A stretch of 63,955 nt of DNA, filler included, from Octopus bimaculoides (lineage: Eukaryota), in NCBI RefSeq assembly GCF_001194135.2. It is 7 parts of 7 records of this genome, joined end to end, with 100 filler letters (N's around TTAATTAATTAA, not from the genome) between each part and the next. Parts side by side here need not be neighbours in the genome. Positions count along the whole stretch, not along the records: positions 25,526 to 51,031 come from NC_068999.1; 6 more parts are not named here. One strand, written 5' to 3'. The translations under genes were made by a program, and so were the position numbers. Each line of letters begins with the position of its first letter. Position 1 is the stretch's first letter. Below the pieces are notes generated by a model. It was given only the letters and a program-made list of their open reading frames with translations. It did no database searches and had not been told where the DNA came from. This document shows positions 37,813-50,690 of this stretch, piece after piece.

Positions 37813-37910
37813 GTATAACAAACATCCTGATGAAGGGAGTGTCTAATCTCTAATATGAGTACAACACCATATTAATAGACACATCTCAGAAACGGTCCGT
37901 AGATGTATAC
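37813..37910 (+). ncRNA. Type I hammerhead ribozyme fold
   Basis: GTAT-(AACAA bulge)-ACATC / CTGATGA (37827-37833) / stem II GTGTCTA..AATATG-loop-CATATT..TAGACAC / GAAA (37889-37892) / CGGTCCG / TA / GATGT-ATAC. Perfect 5-bp stem I, near-palindromic stem III ACGG(T)CCGT, GUA triplet. Confidence 0.8.
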
Positions 37911-38344
37911 TTTTAACTTAACTTTTATATTATACTTTTCTTTTTCTATCCTGTCCTAATGTACACGTTTTTAATATAATACATGTAAATTTATAACTTC
38001 ATCATACCGTATATATTTACCCATTATATGTTATATTATATCATAATGTACGTTTATATAGCGTAATGTTTTAACTTAAATTCTTATATTCTTATACAAT
38101 TTGGTAATTATGCATGTTTATAAATATGTTTAAATAAATATTTTGAACATTCATGATATTTCTAAAGTTTATATCGTTGTATTTGCCTGTCTTTTTACCA
38201 TACCTTCTAGACACCTTAGAGACTGAAAACTATAAATTTATTTATTGATTCTTGAAGGAATTGAACACACATATTATATCTTGCGTTGGACATATGGTAT
38301 TGTTCCTGTGGTTTTCCACCCTTATGTATCTATTTTTACTATAA

Positions 38345-38386
<42 letters not shown>

Positions 38387-39181
38387 TTCCCTGTGTTTTA
38401 ACCACAAATGTAGTTGCACAATATCGTTGGTTATATATTATACATTCTGCACACACACACACATATCTACACCCACTTACACACAGATACTTTTATACAT
38501 GCTTACATATACCACTCAAAGTTTGTGCAGAACGAAGCGGTAACACAAACAGTGCAGTCAAACTTAATTTTTTTTTTACTACATACACACATACGTACAT
38601 CCATTCGTATTTACATACACATCTATAAGCACGTTTGTGCATGTATGTATGTATATATGTATGTACTTATGCATGTATGTAAATGCAAGCTGAGTTTATA
38701 AACCGTAACATGGGTAAAATTCCTAGTAAGTATAGTTACGTTTATCCAATTATTCGCCGCCGAACTTTCCCTGAGTCACTAATCCGGATTTCGCCTTTCC
38801 GCTTTCCGCTTTCCGCTGCTAAGCAAACGACTTTCGTTTTCTTCGTGTATTCATCAAATACTTAAATAGTAATCTTAGATATTGATTTATGCTATTGGTA
38901 ATATATTTCTTAATTATAAGGTGATTGATCGTAGCAACGCAATATAGTCCAAAATGCCGAACGGCCTGTCATTTTCGATAAACAATTCCAAAGTTTCGTG
39001 AACCTAAATTATAAACCTTCTATCCAGAACAGTATCACGGTGTGTGGTTTCAATAACTACACTCTCTGTCAATCATTTGATCGGTAAATATTCATTAGAA
39101 TTCTTGTTTTTCTTTTTAATAATCGAGGTACAACGAAGGACGTGTTACAGCACGTTTGTCCCTCATTAATATTGGTTTTAA

Positions 39182-39590
39182 AAGAGGCGGCGATCTCGCA
39201 GAAACTTCAGCACACCGGACGAAATGCTCCGCGGTATTTCATGTCTTTACGTTCTGAGTTCAAATTCTGCCGAGGTGAGGTTGCTTTTCATCCTTTCGAG
39301 ATTGCGTACTGGAGTCGATCTAATTTCGGGTCTTGTGGCTAAAGTAGAAAAAAATTAGTTTTGAAAGAGGCGGCGAGCTGGCAGAAACTTAAGCACGCCT
39401 GCCAAAATGCTTAGCGGTATTTCATCTGTCTATGCACTCTGAGTTCAAATACCGCCGAGGTCGACTTTGCCTTTCATCTTGTAGGGGTCGATAAATTAAA
39501 TACAAGCCGTGTACTGGGTTCGGTCTAATCTACTGGTTCCCTCCCACAAAATTTCGGGTCTTGTGGCTAGAGTAGAAAAGAATATTAGTT
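39182..39590 (+). mobile_element. Two head-to-tail family A SINEs
   Basis: Both start AAAGAGGCGGCGA.CT.GCAGAAACTT.AGCAC, contain GAGTTCAAAT and end AATTTCGGGTCTTGTGGCTA.AGTAGAAAA..ATTAGTT. Confidence 0.9.
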
Positions 39591-40439
39591 GAAAAAGTTA
39601 ACGTAACTACTTAAGTCTCCTGACAGGAATTATTTTCTGAGACGTTGCTGTTATTAGTGTTTCATTGTCCTTGGTATGGCCTCGCAGTTCTACCGCCGCT
39701 GCTGGACCCTTTCTTCTGCTGCTGAAACTTCTATACGTTTTAGCAATATATAACTATACAAGATACTTTCTAAAGACGAATACCGCAGTATTACGACTTC
39801 CGTACAGTATCTCAATAGAAAGCAAGATACATAGTTTGCTATATTTTATATCTATAGAGAGGGAGTGGTGAGGGAAAGGACAAAATGCAGGGATAGAACA
39901 TACACACCTATGAAGAATTACACACACGCACACACATAAGTACGCACAAATATGTTTGTATGTGTTTTGTGTGTGTGTGTATCCGGGACTATATTAAAGT
40001 ATATTTTTATTGAATACATTTTGTATCCACAAAACATCGCCACATTCAATAAGATAGACTTCTCTTTCTTTCATATCATCGTTTCTTCAGGTAAAATTGT
40101 TAGTGATTCATGCCATCATTTTACCCTCAAGCTTTCCCTTCTTTTTTCAACCTTTACTTCTTCCGGGTACAAAATTTACTTGTTATAAACACTACAGTTT
40201 AACAAAAAAACAAACAAACGTGTAACTGAAATCATTGTATCGGACATGGCATAACGAATGAAATATGGAACGAAAGGAAAAGGGGAGAAGGAAGTATAAA
40301 TAAAAAGTAGAAGGTTGGAAACCCGGAAAACGAAAAAGAAATCAGAACGAAGGGTGAATAAGAGTTATTTCCCTTAGACCGTAAATTATAAGTTTGAAAA
40401 AAAAAAAAGCTTACCGCCCATGGAACAATTATTCATTTC

Positions 40440-40780
40440 GTATGGGAACCACATTCCAATTCGTCAACAGGAACTTAGACATACGCTGGCAACGGCTGAA
40501 AATTTCGGATTTAGAATTCAACAGTGAGTTATTAAATCTGAAAAGTATATGAGTTCTTTCAGCTTTTCATAGCTTACATGCTTTTGATCCGTTAACATAT
40601 GGCGTGGATTTTTCGACTATTGTCCACCTTATCGTGTGTGATGTGACGTTCGATTTTAAACCGCAGACGTGGCTAGCCAGCTTAGTAGTTTTACTTTTGT
40701 CCCTGTGTCAGATGGAAGATAAGTGACAACTATAGCCATTTTTGAATTCTTTTCCACATAGTCCGATACAGCTCTTCTTA
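40440..40780 (-). mobile_element. Penelope-like GIY-YIG C-terminal fragment
   Basis: CIGLCGKEFKNGYSCHLSSI*HRDKSKTTKLASHV..LK...IRWTIVEKSTPYVNGSKACKL*KAE...LLNSKSEIFSRCQRMSKFLL; same family as 15190-15400. Confidence 0.85.
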
Positions 40781-41920
40781 TGTACGTATGTATGTATGCA
40801 TGTATGTATGTATGTATGTATGTATGCATGTAGGTATGCATGCATGCATGCATGCATGAATTGACAGCCGGACGAACGGACGAACGAACTGATGGACGGA
40901 GAGACGGACGGACGGATGGATGGATAGATGGATATATCGGAACATTTAATTTATTAGGTGTTGAAATATCAGTTAGACGACTCTTAAAACTGCATTATAG
41001 CAAAGAAAGCTGTAAATGATGTTTATAATATGTGAGTAGGTTCAAAATATATTAGTATATATGCAGTCCAGAAACGAGATAATTTTCAAATTAATCATAG
41101 TTTCATATGATTATATATGCATGTGTAGACACTCATTATTATGTATCTGTTAAGTTCATTGTTTCTCTGCCTTTTGGTTGCGATCAAAATGTAGTAATAT
41201 ATTATATATTCGTTTGTTGCCGATATCGGACCAGCCAACCATTCAAGGACGCACTGAGGAAAAATCAACCGCTTGAAATTCAATTATACACCAACTTCCA
41301 GCCACAAAACGGCAACAGAACTGGAAGAAAATAAATTGATCCGGTGATCCAGCATGGTTGGAATCCTGCAACCGAAACCATTAAAACAATAAAAGAATGA
41401 AAAAAATACAATGATGTATGTGTATGTACATGCGTTTATGAAAGCGATGGAAAATATTACCTATTACAATCTGATATGTAAAGTCTGTCCTGATATGATA
41501 TTCCCGGCATCATATTTCTGTTAAGAGAGTAACATCATCAAAACGAAGAATTCTTTGCGCATACTTTCATTAATTTCAAAACATCATCTACTTTTTGCAA
41601 CGGCACTGCCTCAAAACAATGGATATGAAAGCATCGAATGACGGTGGAAAATAGATTAGCTTACGTGTAAAATTATTTCATTTCGCTATGTAAGACACAG
41701 TTGCCGACCTGCTCTGTCACATTTCTCTATGCACAACAAAGAGATTATCGGATTCTCAAAATTTAAGAATTATTGGTATTACACTCTAGGACACAATTTA
41801 TGCTCTTGGAATCTGTATTACACCCACAACGCTATTTTACTATCTCTAATACAAACGTGATGTTATTGTTCACATTAAAACTAAATCCTTGCTAAACAGA
41901 CTGAAATTTGAATTGGTACT

Positions 41921-41972
<52 letters not shown>

Positions 41973-42439
41973 NNNNNNNNNNNNNNNNNNNNNNNNNNNN
42001 NNNNNNNNNNNNNNNNNNNNNNNNNNNNNNNNNNNNNNNNNNNNNNNNNNNNNNNNNNNNNNNNNNNNNNNNNNNNNNNNNNNNNNNNNNNNNNNNNNNN
42101 NNNNNNNNNNNNNNNNNNNNNNNNNNNNNNNNNNNNNNNNNNNNNNNNNNNNNNNNNNNNNNNNNNNNNNNNNNNNNNNNNNNNNNNNNNNNNNNNNNNN
42201 NNNNNNNNNNNNNNNNNNNNNNNNNNNNNNNNNNNNNNNNNNNNNNNNNNNNNNNNNNNNNNNNNNNNNNNNNNNNNNNNNNNNNNNNNNNNNNNNNNNN
42301 NNNNNNNNNNNNNNNNNNNNNNNNNNNNNNNNNNNNNNNNNNNNNNNNNNNNNNNNNNNNNNNNNNNNNNNNNNNNNNNNNNNNNNNNNNNNNNNNNNNN
42401 NNNNNNNNNNNNNNNNNNNNNNNNNNNNNNNNNNNNNNN

Positions 42440-42481
<42 letters not shown>

Positions 42482-43189
42482 AACGTCTCTGGTATATCCT
42501 TTTCAAGAGGGAAAGCAAATATTGAGATGTGCAGAACATTGGAATGACGAAGCATCGATTTACCAAATAAACAAAGTGACGTTTAATACTTGCCAACTTA
42601 TCTCTAACATCCACAAAATATCCTGGTACAAGAAAATACGATAGATACACAGAGGATAAAACGACATAGAATTTTCCTTTTTAAATGTGTTTATTCATTT
42701 TCTTAATCTTGGTATTCTCATACAATATATGATATCACACAATGTTATAAAAGCTCTGTTTAACAAATGCAAGAATCTAACTAAACATCCTCCAGTGAAA
42801 TGTTCCATTATGTCTTCCTATCCTAAAGATAATCAAAATAGCGTCTCTTACCTCAGAATATTTACTGATCTGCATTATTTTCATGTTCCTCTGTACGCAA
42901 CCAAATAAAACATGCTTGATAATCGTGTGTTATCTCTGCTATATTTTTAGCCGCTACTAAATATATCGTTGCAGGGCCTTTCATAGATAACATTAAGGAA
43001 TAAGTCGTTTTGCTTGAGGAATAGTTAGATAACTGTATTTGTATTGCATGTTCATATCAACTGTGCACAAACGGCAATGTATGGCGACTATTGATGTGAT
43101 ATCACAAAAGAAGGTGTAAAATCCACCACGTATTTGTTCAGAAGAAAGAAACGGTATGACCAAGCGATAATTTCCAAGTGTTTTAACAG

Positions 43190-43234
<45 letters not shown>

Positions 43235-43764
43235 CTGGATAAACCTGTCCACTCCGCCTGTGAATGAATTATATAAGGACTACGGGAATTGTTACGTCTG
43301 TTTAGATTACTCGTTTATTTCTCATCGCCTATGAATTGTGCCCAAAATACTAAGACATATCGAACGATTTATCGGTAATATTGATCATATTCTGCAAAGA
43401 GTAGTTATTAGGATTACGGAATATGACCCATCTCACTTGACAGTGTTAATGTTGCGTCAAATGACGAAAAATTTGGGAGGTTACACAACATTATAATTAT
43501 ATCGTTACATAATATTCTATATGATAAGATTAAAATCTATTGAACGGATTCACAGAACGACGCTTTAGCGTACGCGATATTATGCCTGCAACGCAAATAC
43601 GTTTTCAGGTTCTATAATGCTTATAGAATGAATTATTTGACTAAAACATACACCTCTTCCCTTTTAATTATTTTGTTTAAACAATCAAAGTATTCTCTGA
43701 ATCCATACACGAAATATTTCTATTGAAATAGCAGATTTATTGTTACATAAAAGCGTAAAATATA

Positions 43765-44388
43765 CGAGGTATAATCAAAGAGTATTCCACCGTGATTTTT
43801 CTTGCACATGGAGGACGAAATACAATAAAGAAACAATTTGAGGTGCAGCGCGTGGGCGATCTGGAAGACCTGCCACGTGCTTCAACCCTGGAGAAGTGTG
43901 GAGAAAGTTTTTCAGATTCCGCATGAGGGTCGTCGGATAACAACTAATGAGGTTTTGAAATTTTTGAGGGAAAACATTCGGTGAAAGCGACCGGAACTGA
44001 GGTGCGCTAAGCACTGGATTCTTCACAACAATGTTCCCTGTCACCGGGATCTCGCCACTCGTGAGTTTCTCGCCAAAAAGAACATGGTATCGCTTCCGCA
44101 CCCGACCTAGTCACCAGATTTAGCACCTGCAGACTTCCATTGCTGCCACACGCTAAAAAGGTATTTGAAGGGGGTTTTTAACACCATTGTCGAGATCCAG
44201 AGTTAATCGCAGAATATCCTCTACACGCTTAGGCAAAACGATTCCAGAAGTAGCAGGAATGCTGGGACATGTGTACTGCAGCGGAAGTCACTATTTCGAA
44301 GAAGATTATGTGAGGATGTTAAAACTTAAGTAAAATAAATTATATTTTATTTAGCATAACTAATCCGGGAACTTTTGATACTACCTCG
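43765..44388 (+). mobile_element. Internally deleted mariner with both TIRs and a TA target duplication
   Basis: TA-CGAGGTATAATCAAAGAGTATTCC ... CCGGGAACTTTTGATACTACCTCG-TA. Transposase remnants KRPEL..HWILH, REFLAKKNMVSLPHPT*SPDLAPADF and YFEED. Confidence 0.9.
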
Positions 44389-44465
44389 TATGCTCATTTC
44401 CATACTTCCATAGCTCTACTTGTTTAATAGATATTATTTTTATCATCATTATTATTGTTGTTGTC

Positions 44466-44498
<33 letters not shown>

Positions 44499-45159
44499 GT
44501 TATTGTTGTTGTTGTTGTTATAATCAATAATAGTGTTGCTCTTGTTGCTTATCAAATAGTCAGGATAACATTCCACACTATCGATGTAAGTGTGTTTAAG
44601 GTTGTTCGCTGATGCATACTATAATAGCCCCTGAATTTGTTTTGTTAATATATCATTTTTATATACACACATAACATTCAAACCTAACAAAAAAGTGTAT
44701 ATAGGTAAAAAAAAAAAAACCACACACAACCAAATGTAACGCAAAAACATTAAAATCAAGCACACAAGAATAAACAAATTCTTTGTTTAATTTATTGGTT
44801 CGTTTCTTTCATTTATTTTCTTTTTTGTTTTTTCTTAGACATTCGATTGTATTTATGTTTCTGATTTGACGAATTCTTTATAGATTCTTATTTCACTCTT
44901 TGGCGTTGTTGTTTAAAATGTTTCTTTGATTTTTTTTTGTTATTCTGTTTTCTATGTGGCGGGGGGGGGGGGGCTTTTGGTTTGGTTTTTGTGAAGCAAG
45001 CTTTTACGCTTTGCTTTTCCATAATTTCCTTTTGTCTCTGCAAGAAAATTGAAATACTTTCTTTCTAAATTTAACGTTAACACTTTTTAAAGTTCTTTTT
45101 TTTAATAAAATTTACTTCTTTAGTACTATTATTATTCTTACTTTACGAGTTCGTCAATC

Positions 45160-45305
45160 TTTATGTTTCCAAGATCAAATTCTGCCTAGGTCGACTTTGT
45201 GCTTCATCTTTTCGAGATCGATGAAATAATTACCAGCTGAGCATAGGGGACGATATAATCAACTGGCCGCACCCCACCCAAAAAGTTTCAGGTCTAGTAG
45301 ACCAT

Positions 45306-45340
<35 letters not shown>

Positions 45341-45445
45341 GAAGGCGGTGAGCTGACAGGATCGTTAGCTCGCCGTAATGAATGCTTGGCGGTATTTCGT
45401 CAGTCTTCACGTTCTGAGTTCAAATCTCACCAAGGCTGCATTTAC
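45160..45445 (+). mobile_element. Family A SINE fragments separated by (CAT)n and followed by (TAT)n
   Basis: Body AAATTCTGCC.AGGTCGACTTTG at ~45177-45300; a new head AAGGCGGTGAGCTGACAGGATCGTTAG...GAGTTCAAAT from 45342. Confidence 0.75.
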
Positions 45446-45485
<40 letters not shown>

Positions 45486-45851
45486 TGTATAAGCTTTTTT
45501 GTAGCTGTTTTTGATATTATTATCGCCATCATTATTTATAAAACGGAATTCCTTGGAATAGAAAAAACGTAAAAACGTATAAAGAAAAACAACAATATAA
45601 TAATAAACTGCATTAGTCGTATTCTAGAATAAGAAAGCGAACAGAAACAAAAAAGATAAAATAAAATAATGTTGTTTTTTTAATATAAATCAGAAAGAAA
45701 ATAGGACAATATCTTCAGACTTAGGGACTGATTCAACTGTAAAACGTCATCAGATAGGAAATGTGTAAATAAAACAAAACGATAACAAAAAAATACCGAG
45801 AGAAAGAGACACAAAGATGGAGATTGGTGGGGAGAATGAAATAGAAAGAGG

Positions 45852-45902
<51 letters not shown>

Positions 45903-46469
45903 AGAACAAGAGTTAGTCAAAGAAGACGGTAACATACCAAGTGAATCGACATACTTTCCCCCCACACCCTCAACCAGAACAAAAAGTATAAATCAAACAT
46001 CGTTTGGAAGTATGGGAACAATGCGAATTGCAAGATCTTGTGATAAAGTGTATATCGTATTTATTTGACAGAAGTGATATGGCTGCCATTATATAAATCA
46101 ACAATCCTGCGAAAAGGGAAATGAAATCACTCCACACCCCAGCTCTAATTCTTTGGGAAAAAAAAATGAGTTTCTAATATCATAAGCACTATTATATATT
46201 CTGCTGCTACAGACTCGAACTCAAGCAATCGATTGTTCTATTCTAGAATTTACCGTCAAACCTCGTCTAGATCAGAGTTTAAAATCTTAACGATCCATAG
46301 TTCTAGAGTATAGTAAAATGAGACGAGGTTCAAGGATAAAATGCTCTTTTGTGATATGCATGCTCACCTATAGCAGACCTGGAGTTAAACTGCAAGAAAA
46401 TTCAAACAAGCTACAGCGAAGATAGGGACCAGAAATTTCGGAAATAATCAACGGGAGATTTAATCTTTT

Positions 46470-46839
46470 ACTTGTGTCAGTCATTTGACTGCTGCCATGC
46501 TGGAGCACCGCCTTTATAGTTGAGCAAGTCGACCCCAGAGCTTATTCTTTGTAAGCCTAGTACTTATTCTATCGGTTGTCAAGCGATGCTGGTGGGGAAC
46601 AAACAGACACACACACACACACACGCACACNNNNNNNNNNTATATATATATATATATATATATATGCATACATATACGACGGGCTTCTTCCAGTTTCCGT
46701 CTAACAAATCAACTCACAAAGCTTTGGTCGGCCCGAGGCTACAGTAGAAGACAGTTGCCCAAGTTGCCACGCAGTACGACTGAACCCAGAGCCACGTAGT
46801 TGGGAAAGCATGCTTCTTAACACACAGCCACTCTTGCGC
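46470..46839 (-). mobile_element. tRNA-derived SINE family B (CORE-like), spanning a microsatellite and a small gap
   Basis: Reverse complement matches the 63543 copy: head, CTTGGGCAA..GTCTTCTAC, GAAGCCCGTCGTATAT, and tail GGTGCTCCAGCATGGC..CAGTCAAATGACTGA. Confidence 0.9.
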
Positions 46840-48031
46840 TTATATATATACAACGCTAGAGCAATATCTATCGATTTATCTCTATGTGTGTGTGTGTTTG
46901 TGTGTGTTTGTATGTGTGTATGTGTACGTGGGTGTGTATGTGTGCACCTTCCTGTAAAATTATGGAATGCACTGACGAAGATACGACATACTATGAATTA
47001 CAAAAGGCAAAGATAAAGCGTTTAGACAATGTAAAGTTGTCTCCTAAAATTAGATTGTAATTAGTTCAATAAGATGTTGGCGACAAACAAAAAGATAATC
47101 AGAAATTCGGGTCAACGTAGTGACTCCATCAATCAGCTGTTTGGCACTTTTCAAAATAGATTTATGTGAAATTTCACATACTTCTGAAATTATGAATGGC
47201 GTTTTGCTACAATCGTGTATATACCATCACTTGATATAGGATATTATACATTTCATCCGTGCATCGTATTCTCTATGCCATATCTAACGTTGAGCATGAA
47301 TTTATTTTAATTTTTTGTTACTGTTTCTATTTGAACATATATNNNNNNNNNNNNNNNNNNNNNNNNNNNNNNNNNNNNNNNNNNNNNNNNNNNNNNNNNN
47401 NNNNNNNNNNNNNNNNNNNNNNNNNNNNNNNNNNNNNNNNNNNNNNNNNNNNNNNNNNNNNNNNNNNNNNNNNNNNNNNNNNNNNNNNNNNNNNNNNNNN
47501 NNNNNNNNNNNNNNNNNNNNNNNNNNNNNNNNNNNNNNNNNNNNNNNNNNNNNNNNNNNNNNNNNNNNNNNNNNNNNNNNNNNNNNNNNNNNNNNNNNNN
47601 NNNNNNNNNNNNNNNNNNNNNNNNNNNNNNNNNNNNNNNNNNNNNNNNNNNNNNNNNNNNNNNNNNNNNNNNNNNNNNNNNNNNNNNNNNNNNNNNNNNN
47701 NNNNNNNNNNNNNNNNNNNNNNNNNNNNNNNNNNNNNNNNNNNNNNNNNNNNNNNNNNNNNNNNNNNNNNNNNNNNNNNNNNNNNNNNNNNNNNNNNNNN
47801 NNNNNNNNNNNNNNNNNNNNNNNNNNNNNNNNNNNNNNNNNNNNNNNNNNNNNNNNNNNNNNNNNNNNNNNNNNNNNNNNNNNNNNNNNNNNNNNNNNNN
47901 NNNNNNNNNNNNNNNNNNNNNNNNNNNNNNNNNNNNNNNNNNNNNNNNNNNNNNNNNNNNNNNNNNNNNNNNNNNNNNNNNNNNNNNNNNNNNNNNNNNN
48001 NNNNNNNNNNNNNNNNNNNNNNNNNNNNNNN

Positions 48032-48073
<42 letters not shown>

Positions 48074-48534
48074 GGTAATTTTAACTATCTAGCGATGTAT
48101 TTATGTTCTATGAATGGGCCTGAAAGTTTGCTTGGAGACTCTCCGTACAATATAAATATTTGTCATAACATATACATCATATATAAATATATATATGGGT
48201 GTGTGTGTGTTTCGGAATATATGACCATACATATTCTTATAACTAAATATTTTTTCCTGGTTTGGGATGCTAATGAAAAATAAAACAACGTTATCTGATA
48301 TATAATACGCAAGCAGGCCAAGCAAATATTTGAATACAATAATAAATACTGTTTATATCATAGTATCACAGGAGTATATTGTTGGCTGACGATGTAGGCA
48401 TTATTTGAAAAGTGGTTGATCGTCCTGTATTATTGAAGGAAAGATAGCGATATTTTCACAAAACAACTTGCCACTAAAGAGGAAAAAACATTATGAAAAA
48501 TATATATGTTGGCAATTTCGTTTGTGTAAATTAA

Positions 48535-48562
48535 TTATAATAATAATAATAATAACAATAAT

Positions 48563-48619
<57 letters not shown>

Positions 48620-48670
48620 TAATAATAATTATGATAATAATAATAATAATGATAATAATAATAATAATAA
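48535..48670. repeat. (AAT)n microsatellite
   Basis: Directly visible. Confidence 0.95.
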
Positions 48671-48944
48671 TGCCTTAGCTAAGAGTCAACACAATGTAGT
48701 ATAAATCGGTGTGACATTTCATATCATGTACTGTTTTGCGTTTACAATCATCAACTTGGAAGCGTACAAGCAGAGAAGTATATCGTAAGAATATGCAAAT
48801 GTTGATAATTTCTAAGCGTTTTAGAAAGTTTGTCTTTCTAAAATAATATCAATAATTTCTCTCAATTATTGCAGCAGTGGTTTGAACGTAGACGACAATG
48901 TGTGGTGATGCGATTGAGGAGGAATCATTGAAACATGAATTCCT

Positions 48945-49150
48945 TTCTACTCTAGGCACACGGCCCGAAATTTAGGAAGTGGAGACATGTCGATTAGATC
49001 GACCCAGTACACGCAGCTAGTACTTAATTGATCGACCCCGAAAGGATGGAAGGCAACGTCGACTTCGGCGGAATTTGAACATAAAGACAGACGAAATACC
49101 GCTAAGAATTTCGCCCGGCGTGCTAACATTTCTGCCAGCTCGCCCACTTA
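48945..49150 (-). mobile_element. tRNA-derived SINE family A
   Basis: TCGACCCCGAAAGGATGGAAGGCAACGTCGACTTCGGCGGAATTTGAAC...TTCGCCCGGCGTGCTAAC..TTCTGCCAGCTCGCC. Confidence 0.9.
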
Positions 49151-49563
49151 TTGAAACTTGAATTCTACAAGTCTTCTTTTCGCTAGATAGCAGTTTTGCT
49201 TGCAGAGGTACGGATCAAAGAGACTTTCAGATTTCTTAAATATGTGTGTATATGTTGACGGAAACATGCTTTCAGTCAATTATTGATATATGTCTTGGTG
49301 ACTATATATATTACTGTCGCATTTTATGTTTCAATTATCGAAACACCGAAATTTACCAATATCTGTATATCTGGTTCCATGTGTATTTCATAATGATGCG
49401 ACGTTAACCAAACCAGTTTAAGTTTAATATTCAATCATTTTATATGACGTACGTATATTCGGTCCAGAAATATATTTAACTCTCACAGAAAACAATTAAT
49501 GTTTAGGAATATATTAACTACTTTGTGCGCAAATTTAGATGCAATTAATCCTTATCATTCAAA

Positions 49564-49612
49564 TAATTCGCCGTGCATTACGTTATCTATAAACCTAATG
49601 CACGGCGAATTA
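49564..49612. other. Perfect 17-bp inverted repeat (hairpin)
   Basis: TAATTCGCCGTGCATTA - CGTTATCTATAAACC - TAATGCACGGCGAATTA; the GTT/AAC in the spacer can extend the stem. Confidence 0.9.
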
Positions 49613-50156
49613 AATAACATGAAATTATGATAACAACGATCGTTTCATCTGCTTTAATGGAAACATTTACCAGAACGACAATGGTGCAAGATGATTGAAG
49701 GCATTAATATTTATTTTCACAATATATTTCAAATAATTCTTATAGTTTTAATAAATGTTTCGAATGCGACAAATTCCATGGGGCATTATCTTTGCTAAAG
49801 ATGTAGCCGTTAACTCTGTTGCTGATGTGTTTGTTATTGGTGAGGCTGATAAAAGGGAGCAGGATGTAAATTATATATATGATTTACTGGCGCAAAAATA
49901 GAGGAACGTTAATGGGTCATTTACTTCCTATCATCGTTTTAATGGTAATGGTTTATCGGAATGACAATTTCAGGAAATGTTACACTAGAAATCTTTAACA
50001 GAGAACCTTAAAATTCACATCGTTTGCGATTTATTCGAGTGTTTCTGTGTATCTTGTATGTATGTACGCATATATGCACAAACACGCTACACACGCACAC
50101 ACATATATAAACACACCCATGCATACATGCATTCATGCATATGCATATACCTATGT

Positions 50157-50690
50157 TTACGTAATATAAATATTCAAACATCCGCGAAAGATTATTTCAC
50201 GTTTATCCAATGCGTTTACACGATAATTTGTGAATATTCCTTCTTTAAATACAGATTCAACACTCTCCACTCGATTGTTAACATCATTTATGAAAGCAAA
50301 CATGAGAAAGGATGGCCTGTGTAGCTCAGTTAGGTCAAATATCCGGATTGTATTGCGTTTATAAGTGCCGGTCTTTGGTTTCCTTGCTACGGCGTTGAGG
50401 ATATACATATATCTAAATATTAAAATGGGGAAAGAAAGCCCACTCAAATTCTTAACCGGATTTATAGCTATATAACCATCACCATTTCTGTCGATTACAC
50501 AGCTGTAAATTGCCATCGAAATCTTTATGAAATAAGGCATAAATACTCGATTTATTCTCTTCAAATGTACTCTTATGTCTTCGTAAATAAATTCCATCAA
50601 TGAAGCCCTCAAACATTTAGCAGAAGTAAATTTGTTAATATAGAACATTACTATACTTCTTGTAGTTGTTTGTCTCTCTTGGCATAATAT
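50157..50690 (-). CDS. Unassigned open frame (~178 codons stop to stop; 163 aa from the ATG at 50648)
   Basis: Stop-free over ~530 nt of AT-rich, non-repetitive DNA with an ordinary globular composition. No family recognised. Confidence 0.35.
   Translation of the reverse strand: MLCQERQTTTRSIVMFYINKFTSAKCLRASLMEFIYEDIRVHLKRINRVFMPYFIKISMAIYSCVIDRNGDGYIAINPVKNLSGLSFPILIFRYMYILNAVARKPKTGTYKRNTIRIFDLTELHRPSFLMFAFINDVNNRVESVESVFKEGIFTNYRVNALDKREIIFRGCLNIYIT

Noticed and set aside
39028-39083. Plus-strand 56-nt candidate exon (TTCTATCCAG| ... CG|GTAAAT)
   Set aside because: No recognisable peptide or partner exon; expected by chance at this scale.
50468-50495. EF-hand calcium-binding protein call from DRNGDGYI
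   Set aside because: Position 12 is Pro rather than Glu/Asp, and no flanking helices or partner EF-hand are evident.
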